The notes: generated by a model not told the origin, from the letters alone. 45,836 nt of DNA from a virus (IMGVR_UViG_3300049472_000121:1-45836); one strand, 5' to 3'. Counted from the stretch's first letter, positions 19,040 to 27,610 are shown. Made by a program: numbers and translations.

Positions 19040-19368
19040 TTGATCACAATCCTCACAGGCCCACTTGGAGCATTAACAATCATATCGTTTAGCGTGGGTT
19101 TGTTTCTCTTAGCTTCCCATTCCTTATGGGCTTGCAGATAGAGAGGCGCATGATGATCAACTTCTTCTAGATACTCGTCTGTGAAAAAACCATTTCTTTT
19201 ATACGTCTTTTTTATTGGAGGCTGTGGTTCTGGATTATATAAAAATCTCTGCGTTTCAATAACCAACTCTCTGTATTCAGCAATGGTGACTTCAAAAGTG
19301 TCGAGTGTTTTATTATTGATGAGTGCTTGATGTGATGCTTCCATTATTCGTTCCATTACTGTCTTCAT
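19036..19368 (-). CDS. Hypothetical protein
   Basis: GGAG RBS, ATGA coupling. Confidence 0.7.
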   Translation of the reverse strand: MKTVMERIMEASHQALINNKTLDTFEVTIAEYRELVIETQRFLYNPEPQPPIKKTYKRNGFFTDEYLEEVDHHAPLYLQAHKEWEAKRNKPTLNDMIVNAPSGPVRIVIK

Positions 19369-19625
19369 ATCTTCTTCTCCAAACTAAACCCAGTGTTCTC
19401 AAGTGTGATCCCATGTGCAGGGGGAGTGCAGGATGTAGTGTCTCCACTATTAATGAATATAGGTTTATCTGTGTTGTTGTATAGAACGACTGGTGTGCTG
19501 AGTGCTGCTTCACACCAACCAGCTATCGTGATAGCTACATCACGGGTGAGAACACCCGTTAGCTCACAATCTTCTGGTTTCGTCATGCACTTATATATTC
19601 TGCGGAGCGCTTCGTCCTTAGTCAC
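19365..19625 (-). CDS. Hypothetical protein
   Basis: GGAGG RBS, overlap coupling. Confidence 0.65.
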   Translation of the reverse strand: MTKDEALRRIYKCMTKPEDCELTGVLTRDVAITIAGWCEAALSTPVVLYNNTDKPIFINSGDTTSCTPPAHGITLENTGFSLEKKI

Positions 19626-19866
19626 AAGAACCTCCGCAATACCAAGTTGTCACGAAAGAACTACTACCCGCCTTTTTGATAATATCAACCCCGTACGGAC
19701 CCCCGTACCCACGATGGTCGTAGCCCAACTCCCGCTGAGCTTGTCTTATGTCAAGCCCTGATGGTTTGTAAGTGGTGACTAATTTGAAATACGTATTATC
19801 GCTAGGTGATGATCCCACTTTGACTACCTGGCAATTCCAATGTCGGCTCTGAATCGTCTCTTTCAT
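19618..19866 (-). CDS. Hypothetical protein
   Basis: GGAGG RBS, overlap coupling. Confidence 0.65.
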   Translation of the reverse strand: MKETIQSRHWNCQVVKVGSSPSDNTYFKLVTTYKPSGLDIRQAQRELGYDHRGYGGPYGVDIIKKAGSSSFVTTWYCGGSCD

Positions 19867-20110
19867 TTAGGATGTCCTCCATATCATTTCTTAAAATAAC
19901 AAGCGCGTCTCTATAATTGCTACCTGAGAACTCAGCTTCATCAATTAATGCAGTAATTGTATTATGCGCGAAATAAGCACACTTATGGAGCGCTTTGTTT
20001 TTAGCTTCCAAATCCTCAATCACTTTTTTGTTTAGAAAGTTGGTTTGCTCAGCTTTCATGATCGCGGTGTTAATACCAATTGTTTTCTCTAATCTATTTT
20101 TCCAATCCAT
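19802..20110 (-). CDS. Hypothetical coiled-coil protein
   Basis: GAGG RBS directly after the polymerase gene. Confidence 0.65.
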   Translation of the reverse strand: MDWKNRLEKTIGINTAIMKAEQTNFLNKKVIEDLEAKNKALHKCAYFAHNTITALIDEAEFSGSNYRDALVILRNDMEDILNERDDSEPTLELPGSQSGIIT

Positions 20111-20111
20111 T

Positions 20112-21932
20112 TTATACCTCTATTTTAGTGGTTTCTGCCATGTTCTTGTGCCCGATTTCAATGCTTACGTCCATGGGCAATAATCGTGCCGGGTAGGCTT
20201 CAATCATTATTTTCTTAAGTGTTGGTAATATATGTTCTTCTCCATGGGCGATTTCAAACACGATAGAGTCGTGAACTGTGAGTACCATTCGAGATTTAAA
20301 GGCAGAGATGAACTCGTAACAGTTGACGATTGCAGACTTTGTAATATCCGCACATCCTCCCTGAATGACATAATTTGGCGCGCGATAGCAGTCTCGGGAG
20401 TCGGGGAACCTATAGATACGCCCCATCCACGAGTGGGCTTGCTTGTAATCTTCTGCATCTGAGATTGTTTTCTTTAAGAATTTAGCAATGTAGGGGCTGG
20501 CCCCGAGAATATCACTCCTGATTTGTTTGGCTCGGGGTGGAGTGCATTTAAGTTGTTCTGCAAGTTTATTGATGCCTGCTCCGTATAGAGTCGCAAAAAG
20601 CGTCGTTTTCGCTTGTTGGCGAGTAACACCTGCTTTTTTAGCCGTCTCTGAATGTACATCGACTCCACCAATAATTTTTGCCGCAAGATCTGCATCTCCT
20701 GCGAGGTCCACCAAGAGACGATACTCTTGCGCTTGATAGTCAGCGATATAAAAGGAGAACCCGTCACGGGGTGTAAAAGCTCCTCTGACTTCATATTGTT
20801 CCTCGTCATCCAGAGCAGCGATATCCGAATCAGGTTTTGTAAGGTTTTGCAGATTCGGCGACTGCGAAGAAAATCTTCCTGAGCTTGTTCCGTCAGCAAG
20901 AAAGTTGGGATGGATACAGTTATTGCGGTCGGCGTGATAGAGAAAGCCATGGAAGTAGTTAGCTTGATTTTTAGCGCTTCGGTATCCCAAGATGGATTCA
21001 GCGATTGGGTTCGGTAGAAGTTTATTAAGGGAATGTTTATCGAAGGAAGGATTACCCTTAGCTGTTTTTGGTACGTCGGTCCCGGTGAAGACTTCTGCAA
21101 AGAGCTTATTTGAGTCAATAAATTCTCGGCCTGTGATACGTTTAAACTCATCTATTGCTTCCTTTTGGTTTTGTTCTTCTTTGATGATTGCTTTTTCGCA
21201 GAAGGTTCGGTCGATTTTGATTCCGTACCACTCCATGTCAAACATGGGTCGGATGAGTCGGCGCTCAAGATCATATACGGATCTAATACGCGCAATATTT
21301 TTTCTTGTAGTAGTCGATTCATCTTCAATTTTTTGAAGCTGATGCGTTCCCAACCTAAAAGTGATGTTGGCATCAATAATTCCGTAATTGCTGATAATAT
21401 CAAACGGGACTCGGTGATAGAAAACTTTTCTTTCTTTGACGTTTTTGTGTGGGTTTTCGATGTCTTCATATAGCTTGTGCTCCTTTACGTACTCTTCAAC
21501 TGCGGTGGACTTCTCAGCGCCAATATCTCGCTTCACGCAGTCAGCAAGTGAGTACTTAAAATGGTCGTTCCACAGCAGACGCGCTGTGGTTTTTGTGTCG
21601 TGGAAGTGGCCTGCAATCTCCACACCCTCTTTGCGCAAAAAGGCTAAGTCAAATTTTGCGTTATGTAGAAACCAAGTCTTAAATGGGTCGGCTAGAAAAA
21701 AGGTCTTAATCTGCGCCCAACACTCGGTGGTGTTGAGGTTTTCTTCATCCGTTATGGAATCATACTCATCAAAGTTGAAGTAATAAACTGAAGCGCTGCT
21801 AGCGATAATAAAAGAAAACAACACATCCCCACGATGAGGATAGAGGCCTGTCGTTTCTGTATCCACCGAGAGAAATTCATGTTGCGATAACTCCTTCAAA
21901 ACATCGGGGAGCGTGGTTCGGGTTACGATCAT
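20112..21932 (-). CDS. polA: Family A DNA polymerase with 3'-5' exonuclease
   Basis: ExoI DTETTG, ExoII HNAKFD, ExoIII YGIID; GRFSSQSPNLQN; motif A ADYQAQE, B RQQAKTTLFATLYG, C VHDS. Confidence 0.97.
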   Translation of the reverse strand: MIVTRTTLPDVLKELSQHEFLSVDTETTGLYPHRGDVLFSFIIASSASVYYFNFDEYDSITDEENLNTTECWAQIKTFFLADPFKTWFLHNAKFDLAFLRKEGVEIAGHFHDTKTTARLLWNDHFKYSLADCVKRDIGAEKSTAVEEYVKEHKLYEDIENPHKNVKERKVFYHRVPFDIISNYGIIDANITFRLGTHQLQKIEDESTTTRKNIARIRSVYDLERRLIRPMFDMEWYGIKIDRTFCEKAIIKEEQNQKEAIDEFKRITGREFIDSNKLFAEVFTGTDVPKTAKGNPSFDKHSLNKLLPNPIAESILGYRSAKNQANYFHGFLYHADRNNCIHPNFLADGTSSGRFSSQSPNLQNLTKPDSDIAALDDEEQYEVRGAFTPRDGFSFYIADYQAQEYRLLVDLAGDADLAAKIIGGVDVHSETAKKAGVTRQQAKTTLFATLYGAGINKLAEQLKCTPPRAKQIRSDILGASPYIAKFLKKTISDAEDYKQAHSWMGRIYRFPDSRDCYRAPNYVIQGGCADITKSAIVNCYEFISAFKSRMVLTVHDSIVFEIAHGEEHILPTLKKIMIEAYPARLLPMDVSIEIGHKNMAETTKIEV

Positions 21933-21935
21933 AAC

Positions 21936-22199
21936 CTAGTGCGTCTTACTCTTCTTCATAACCTTTGCTTCTGGTTGGAGATCCCTTAAATGCATCTGTA
22001 GGACAGTCATCTCCTTACGTAAATTCCAGATGTACCCCATTATCAATGCCTCCGAGTAATTTCGCAACTCTAATGGTAAGTTCAACTTGTTCATCTCTAT
22101 AATTTGATCGTCAGACAATCCCTGCGAAAATTCAATGAATTTGTTGACTTCGTTATGATATTGTTTGGCTGTCATTTTACTGTAAAAACTCTTTTTCAT
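21936..22199 (-). CDS. Hypothetical protein
   Basis: GGAG RBS; fills the gap between exonuclease and polymerase genes. Confidence 0.7.
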   Translation of the reverse strand: MKKSFYSKMTAKQYHNEVNKFIEFSQGLSDDQIIEMNKLNLPLELRNYSEALIMGYIWNLRKEMTVLQMHLRDLQPEAKVMKKSKTH

Positions 22200-22201
22200 A
22201 T

Positions 22202-22948
22202 TTACTCCATCTTAGTTATAGAGAAACCCAGTCGAGCAACGTGGTCTTCAAGCTCTGATTCGCGTAACATCTTCACCCAGCTTTTTGGAAATTTCTTCCC
22301 ACCGCACTCCTCCCAACGGAAACCAAGTGCTTTAGCTTTTTCGCGGTTCTCATAACCAACATCTGCTTTGTAGATTGCTCTCTTTTCTTTAGCGTTGGCT
22401 ATTACCTTTTTTATGTCGTACTTCTCAAGCAAAATCATAGTAGTCAAAACATCGCTTAGTGCTGAGTGTGGGAAAGGATTAAGGAATCCATGATCTGCGG
22501 CTAAGTGAGATAAAGTTCTTGCTTTTATATGTGCTGGATATTCAACGTGCAAAATCGTATCTAGTACTGGAGTCGCTTTGATGTCCTCCCAACAATCAAC
22601 CGATAAATCGGTGATGTGGTGGAGCAGAAATGGCATATCAAATGACACTCCGTTATGCGTGACTATGTAGTCAACTTTGTGTGTCTTAATCAGCGAATTA
22701 ATTTCTTTTGCCACTGTTGCCAGTGGGCGCCCAAAGCGTTTGCAATGATCAGGATGTATCCCATTTATAAGACTTGCTTCTTTGGGAATAAAATCATTTC
22801 CCCAAGAACTTTGGTAAATAAACTCCGAGCGGAGAAGCCATGGACGCGGCTCCCCCACCCGTTTCAAAACATAACCTATTTCTAGGATCTTTCCATCTTT
22901 TGCTTCTAATTGTGAGGTTTCGAGGTCTAATCCTAAAAGTAGTGTCAT
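22202..22948 (-). CDS. DEDDh 3'-5' exonuclease (DnaQ / Pol III epsilon-like)
   Basis: DLETS, HNGVSFD, HSALSD motifs; C-terminal YENREKAKALGFRW extension; GGGAGG RBS. Confidence 0.92.
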   Translation of the reverse strand: MTLLLGLDLETSQLEAKDGKILEIGYVLKRVGEPRPWLLRSEFIYQSSWGNDFIPKEASLINGIHPDHCKRFGRPLATVAKEINSLIKTHKVDYIVTHNGVSFDMPFLLHHITDLSVDCWEDIKATPVLDTILHVEYPAHIKARTLSHLAADHGFLNPFPHSALSDVLTTMILLEKYDIKKVIANAKEKRAIYKADVGYENREKAKALGFRWEECGGKKFPKSWVKMLRESELEDHVARLGFSITKME

Positions 22949-22970
22949 GTGCCCTCCCAGGCGTTTTTAA

Positions 22971-23768
22971 TTAAACGTCATCCGATGCTTCGTGAACTTT
23001 CACGCTGCTCTTTTTAACTGTGGAATACCACTTCGATGCTACAGCTCTCTCTGCGTCGGGGATCAATTTCCCTTGAGTCACTTCAAAAGTGTAGAACGTA
23101 CCTTTGTCGCCAACAGTCTTCTTAGATGACAAATTGTATTCGCGGGAAAATGCAGGAAGTCCTTTAGGATTCTTAGGCGACTTCATGGTCATACCTTCTG
23201 CAATTCCTGAGTAAATCTTTTTGCCAGTATCAAAGCTTGTGGATTTAAAACTGATAAGGCAGGGAAGTGCCGCTGACTCACCTTTTACTGCTGCTTCTAA
23301 ATCTTGTTTTAAATTCACGTAGAAGTTAAAGCAACGAACCCATTTGAAAGTTTCTTTCTTGTTGGTCTTTGGATCAAGAGCTTCAAACTCTTCCCAACCA
23401 CGATTTGCTGTTTCGGGGGTAAACGCTTCTTGCGCTGCAAACTTCCACTTGCCGTCTACTTTCTTTTCTTTGCGCCATGTTTTAAATGACGAGATAGGGA
23501 CGATGCGAAGAGGTGTACCTTTGGCGGCTACAACTTCCTCAGTGGTTGATTTTACGATGTCGCCAGGTTCTGCCAATTCCTTCTCAGCAACGAGGGGGCT
23601 TAATGCTTGCATAAGCAGGATTCGGGGGAGAACGATGTCTTCACTATTGATCGTCTCGTCTGCCCACGACATATCTTCATCGAAGATTGCGACTTCTTGC
23701 GAAGCTTGAGGCGCTAATGCTTTTTCAATACGGGCTTTTGTTGATAGTTTCTCTGTTTCGGGTTTCAT
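22971..23768 (-). CDS. Putative ssDNA-binding / annealing protein
   Basis: EDIVLPRILLMQALSP motif, acidic C-terminus, replication-module position; AAGGAG RBS. Confidence 0.6.
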   Translation of the reverse strand: MKPETEKLSTKARIEKALAPQASQEVAIFDEDMSWADETINSEDIVLPRILLMQALSPLVAEKELAEPGDIVKSTTEEVVAAKGTPLRIVPISSFKTWRKEKKVDGKWKFAAQEAFTPETANRGWEEFEALDPKTNKKETFKWVRCFNFYVNLKQDLEAAVKGESAALPCLISFKSTSFDTGKKIYSGIAEGMTMKSPKNPKGLPAFSREYNLSSKKTVGDKGTFYTFEVTQGKLIPDAERAVASKWYSTVKKSSVKVHEASDDV

Positions 23769-23817
23769 GTTTCTCTCCTTATATCCGAATTAATTTTCGG
23801 AAATTATTTTAAAAGTT

Positions 23818-23985
23818 GCACTATCTTCGTTTCTTACTCGAAATTGAAAGGACTCGAGTTGGAGTGTGTGCCACACGCCCATTATGCTGGTATAATCAGA
23901 TTTCGACCTTTCGGACACCGCCCTGTTAACATTTGCTCATTACCACCAGACGAAGACTTGCTGTTTTATAAAATGGCGGTGATTA
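23818..23985 (-). ncRNA. Candidate structured RNA (multibranch, possible pseudoknot) upstream of the SSB-like gene
   Basis: Stems 23823-30/23950-57 and 23887-96/23939-49, two short hairpins, 7-bp 23916-22/23975-81 complementarity; G-U pairs favour the minus strand. Confidence 0.5.
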
Positions 23986-23988
23986 AGT

Positions 23989-24417
23989 TTACTTTCTCAT
24001 TTGAAGCTGGAAGTAAGCGGTAGGCGCTTCAAGACCAGGTATTGAAAACTCCTCGGCTCCTGCGGCGATGGCAGCGTCACGCTCAGCTTTGTAAAATGAA
24101 TTAAGCGTTTGTGAGTTTACAGTCAGAATGTCGTCTTTAATACCTTTGCTTTCGAGGTACTTAAAGAACAGCGCCTTTGCTTCGGGATCTTTGGGCACTT
24201 TGACCGATGACTTTTGCGCTCTGATGATATTCCCAAACTTCGATTTGTAGCTAGTCTTATCAAACTGCTCCATGTAGGCTAAAAGCTTAGTTTGTAGTTC
24301 AGTTAGAGTTGCACCAACAGCTTCGGCTTTGGATTCAAACTCTTCCTTCTCAGCTTTCAGCTTATAAGCTTGCTCGATTAGGGATTCAAAATCTTTCATT
24401 GTTACGTCGTCGCTCAT
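23989..24417 (-). CDS. Coiled-coil replication/recombination accessory protein
   Basis: LKAEKEE...LLAYMEQ...VNSQTLNSFYK...IPGL pattern seen next to phage SSB/helicase genes. Confidence 0.65.
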   Translation of the reverse strand: MSDDVTMKDFESLIEQAYKLKAEKEEFESKAEAVGATLTELQTKLLAYMEQFDKTSYKSKFGNIIRAQKSSVKVPKDPEAKALFFKYLESKGIKDDILTVNSQTLNSFYKAERDAAIAAGAEEFSIPGLEAPTAYFQLQMRK

Positions 24418-24605
24418 GCTTGCTCCATTGTGTCTTTTAAAGTGTTGATGTCGTCTTGTAATTGCGCAATCCTAAAGAAAAACTTATCCACCATTGTGAG
24501 TAAGAATCTTTCGTTATCTGATTCGGGGTTCTTCTCAATTTCCTCGAGTCTAAAAAGATCCTCGGTCGTGAACTCCCTGTCGTTGAACTTAAGTGTCTTT
24601 AACAT
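24414..24605 (-). CDS. Hypothetical protein
   Basis: GGAGGAG RBS, overlap coupling. Confidence 0.65.
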   Translation of the reverse strand: MLKTLKFNDREFTTEDLFRLEEIEKNPESDNERFLLTMVDKFFFRIAQLQDDINTLKDTMEQA

Positions 24606-26031
24606 TTTTTAACTCCTCCACTATTTCCCTCAGAACCTTATCTGAGATTCCCTGCTTATTTGATAGACGCTCTAAAATCAGATCGTCTATAGTATTGGGC
24701 GCGACCAAATCGATCCGCGTGATTTTCTCATGTCTCTCAGAACCAGCCCTGTAATTTCTGGCCTCCGACTGAAGGTCAAACTCCAATGAGAAACCTCGAG
24801 AGTAATAAACAGAGTATGATGCCGCGATAAGGTTAACGCCCACGCCACCCGAACCGGGATGCCCAATAAGCGCCATGACTTCGCTCTTATTGTTAAAATC
24901 GTCGACATATTCTTGTCTTTTATTTCCATTGATGTCCCCGTGAAGCTGAACATATTGTACCTTCATACTTTCTAATAGTTTGCGGATCTGTGCATAGTTC
25001 TCGTGAAACACCGCCCAGATAATTACCTTTTGTCCTTGTTCAAAGATTTCCTCTAAGACTGATCGGAGGGCGTCGATTCGGGGATTGTCGTCGAAATGAA
25101 CGTCGTTTTCGGATCCAGCCCCTTCGCTTTCACAGCGGACAAACCCGCTGACAATTTGCTGAAGTCTGAGGGCTTTAGTGATCGCAAGTTGAGCGACTGC
25201 TGTTCCGCCATCCATGAACGCCACGAAATCTTTGCGCATCGATTCGTATGCTCGAGCCTGTTTATTGCCCATAGCAACTTCCACTCTCTTACGTATGAGC
25301 GGAGGCAAGTCGAGACAATCAGCCTTACGGGCCACAGCTCCTCTTGCATGGATGATTTCATTAAAAGCCAGCATCGACGTAGGCTTGACCACCCAATCTG
25401 GAAAGTGGATATGAGCTGGCATCCGAGCATTTTTATCCATGAAATACTTAGCGCGAAACGTAAAGAAATTTTTTCCAAAAGTTTGTCCTCCGTCAAGAAC
25501 CCTAAATTCTTGAAATAAATCCATTGTTGATTGAAGAATTGGTGTACCAGTTAAAATAAGTTTGTATTTAGCTAAGTCTGCCAACTCGGCGGCTTTTTTA
25601 CTACGTGCCGCTTGTGGTGACTTAAGCTTATGTGCTTCATCAAAGATGATAAATTCAGGTGCGAACTTCTTCATCTCCTCGAAAAGATCCTTCATAAGGA
25701 GTGCTTCAAAATTCGTCACGTAAATTTGCGCTTTACGTTTCTTGAGAATCTCGAGCCGCTCTTTACCTGATCCGTTCAGAACCTGTATCTTTGACTGATC
25801 AATGTCTGAGAATTTAGCAAACTCGCGCTTCCAGTTAACACAGACTACAGGAGGACAAAACACAAGGACCCGCAAATTGCGTCGTAAAAGATTCATGCGT
25901 TCACACAAAGAACGAATAGCAGTTGCGCTCTTACCTGTGCCGACTTCAAAGAACAGAGCAAAAGTATCTTGTTCTAAAGAACGCCTAATACCTTCTATTT
26001 GATGCGCCCAAAGTTTGTACTTCTTCCCCAT
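24589..26031 (-). CDS. SNF2-family (SF2) helicase
   Basis: EVGTGKS, FDEAH, LTGTP, GGVGVNL, QSEARNYRAG motifs. Confidence 0.95.
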   Translation of the reverse strand: MGKKYKLWAHQIEGIRRSLEQDTFALFFEVGTGKSATAIRSLCERMNLLRRNLRVLVFCPPVVCVNWKREFAKFSDIDQSKIQVLNGSGKERLEILKKRKAQIYVTNFEALLMKDLFEEMKKFAPEFIIFDEAHKLKSPQAARSKKAAELADLAKYKLILTGTPILQSTMDLFQEFRVLDGGQTFGKNFFTFRAKYFMDKNARMPAHIHFPDWVVKPTSMLAFNEIIHARGAVARKADCLDLPPLIRKRVEVAMGNKQARAYESMRKDFVAFMDGGTAVAQLAITKALRLQQIVSGFVRCESEGAGSENDVHFDDNPRIDALRSVLEEIFEQGQKVIIWAVFHENYAQIRKLLESMKVQYVQLHGDINGNKRQEYVDDFNNKSEVMALIGHPGSGGVGVNLIAASYSVYYSRGFSLEFDLQSEARNYRAGSERHEKITRIDLVAPNTIDDLILERLSNKQGISDKVLREIVEELKNVKDT

Positions 26032-26042
26032 AGGGGCAGACG

Positions 26043-26534
26043 CTAAAGTTGATTTTCGGAATTAGCAACAAAATTAAATTTTCTTATCTTGCTTAAAATC
26101 TTTTTATGTTTTTGTGACACAGCCGATTCTGACACACCAAAAATTTCTGAAATTTCTTTGAGACTCAAATCATCAAAATAAAAGAAGTAAAGCAGCAGCC
26201 GATCTTCTTGGCATAATTTTCGCATTATGCGTGTGACTTGTTGTGACGCATGAAGACGAGACAAAATATTTTCTTCGTTGGTTCGGGGTTCTTGATTTTC
26301 CTCAAAACTCTGATACACGAGCCGATCAAGCCTACTCACGTACCCGTCTGTGTTGCGTCCGTATTGCCAGCGCATGAAGTCCACATAGAATAGGAAATCT
26401 CGTGTTCGTACATCGCGCCCCTCAAAAAGCTTAAGCGAGCAAAAGGATAGAAACTCCTCCTGGTTCTCGTAAGTGAGAGGCAGGGTTCGGGAGTATTTCT
26501 CCAATTTTTTAAGCTTGGACAGTAGCGCTAACAT
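26043..26534 (-). CDS. Small sigma70-family factor with FliA/sigma28-like region 4
   Basis: LCQEDRLLLYFFYFDDLSLKEISEIFGVSESAVSQKHKKIL region-4 HTH; YVDFMR region-2.4-like motif. Confidence 0.85.
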   Translation of the reverse strand: MLALLSKLKKLEKYSRTLPLTYENQEEFLSFCSLKLFEGRDVRTRDFLFYVDFMRWQYGRNTDGYVSRLDRLVYQSFEENQEPRTNEENILSRLHASQQVTRIMRKLCQEDRLLLYFFYFDDLSLKEISEIFGVSESAVSQKHKKILSKIRKFNFVANSENQL

Positions 26535-26556
26535 AGAAATAGTTTAAGCTATTTCT
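26535..26556. promoter_or_regulatory. Symmetric bidirectional leaderless promoter / operator
   Basis: AGAAATAG-TTTAAG-CTATTTCT inverted repeat; TAAGCT(+) and TAAACT(-) each 6 nt before a start codon. Confidence 0.65.
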
Positions 26557-26856
26557 GTGACTAAAAAAGAGCTGATAGATAAATATGTTCATTGGGCGCT
26601 TATTTACTACGACATGAATGGGGAGATACCCATCTCGGAAGTACTAAAAGAAGTCGGGGTTCAGGTGACCCATTTGGCTGTGATGATGAATGGCGGCTGT
26701 AAATCTCATGCGGCAAAAAAGATGCGTGAGTCGAGGACCACAATATCCGAGCGGCTTAGGCTCAAAGGACAATATTCTGAAGCTGAATTAAGAGAGATTG
26801 CCGGATCGCACTCGGTTGAGTTTGTGTCTGCAAGAGGCCGTACCCCAGAAAAATGA
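26557..26856 (+). CDS. Fis-family (HTH_8) DNA-binding protein
   Basis: ISEVLKEV...NGGCKSHAAKKMRESRTTISERLR resembles GNxSxAAxxLGISRxTLxxKL. Confidence 0.75.
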   Translation: MTKKELIDKYVHWALIYYDMNGEIPISEVLKEVGVQVTHLAVMMNGGCKSHAAKKMRESRTTISERLRLKGQYSEAELREIAGSHSVEFVSARGRTPEK

Positions 26857-26857
26857 A

Positions 26858-26921
26858 CCCCTGCTGCGAGATTCAAACACGACGGGGGAGAAGTTGTTTG
26901 ATGGTTTGTTTACAGCAGGGG
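26858..26921. terminator. Long interrupted hairpin between convergent genes
   Basis: CCCCTGCTG/CAGCAGGGG outer stem, TCAAACA/TGTTTGA inner stem. Confidence 0.55.
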
Positions 26922-26930
26922 CTTTAAAGC

Positions 26931-26996
26931 TTACTTGGACTTCTTTTTTGTAGTCTTTTTAACTTTGGTGGTTTTTGTAGCTGATTTTTTAGCCAT
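26931..26996 (-). CDS. Lys-rich 21-aa peptide MAKKSATKTTKVKKTTKKKSK
   Basis: AAGGAGG RBS 9 nt upstream; 10 of 21 residues are Lys. Confidence 0.7.
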   Translation of the reverse strand: MAKKSATKTTKVKKTTKKKSK

Positions 26997-27069
26997 TTGT
27001 ATAGTCCTCCTTGAAAAATTTCATAGCGCGCAACGTTGAGTTTCGCAAACTTTGCTGTAAAATATTTGA

Positions 27070-27252
27070 ATGGCTGAGAATTGGGATACAAAAAAACAAG
27101 GCGTTGACAACGAACGCGCAAAACAACTTCAAGCGGGGTTCAATAAACCATCGCCAGTTGTTGAAGGAATTAAATCTGCTTGGATGGGGTTAAAAACCGC
27201 TCTTGGCGGTAGTGACGATAAACGTAAGACTCCGCAAGATAGCGATGAGTAA
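27070..27252 (+). CDS. Hypothetical protein, 60 aa, probably leaderless
   Basis: TAAAAT-6nt-ATG, no SD. Confidence 0.6.
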   Translation: MAENWDTKKQGVDNERAKQLQAGFNKPSPVVEGIKSAWMGLKTALGGSDDKRKTPQDSDE

Positions 27253-27370
27253 AACTCCGAGTGAGTTGAAAGCGATATAGCTAGTGAAACATCCCCACAT
27301 AATTTTGTGCGCCATAGTTAGTATTGTTGCAATTGCAATCTGTGTACTCAAATAAATTTTTCGTTAAGAT

Positions 27371-27589
27371 TCAAACATCAATTGATAAAAGTTCATTCCA
27401 CCGATCAAGTAATCGTTTCGCAGATTTAGACCCACGTTGCGCTGAGTGGTCAACAAGAACCGACATTTCTTCAGCTGTCTCAATTATATCGAGCAAAAAA
27501 TATATATCATCGCGATTCATAAGGACAAATTCGGGAAGATCAGGTGTGCTCATCTCCTCCTGTATCATTTTTAAAACCCAACGCGACAT
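27371..27589 (-). CDS. Hypothetical protein, 72 aa, probably leaderless
   Basis: TAAGAT-6nt-ATG; divergent from the primase gene. Confidence 0.6.
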   Translation of the reverse strand: MSRWVLKMIQEEMSTPDLPEFVLMNRDDIYFLLDIIETAEEMSVLVDHSAQRGSKSAKRLLDRWNELLSIDV

Positions 27590-27610
27590 TTTTTAATCTT
27601 AACTTGATTT

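Noticed and set aside
20474-21151. 225-aa alternative-frame ORF inside polA, and similar shadow ORFs in the helicase, portal and capsid genes
   Set aside because: Nested in well-supported genes, no motifs or RBS.
23818-23985. tRNA, hammerhead ribozyme or c-di-GMP riboswitch
   Set aside because: No TTCRA T-loop with tRNA geometry, no CUGANGA core, no GEMM consensus; kept only as an unassigned structured RNA.
26924-27193. ORF-track calls 26924..27121(-) and 27011..27193(+)
   Set aside because: Better explained by the 21-aa Lys-rich ORF with AAGGAGG and the leaderless 27070 ORF.
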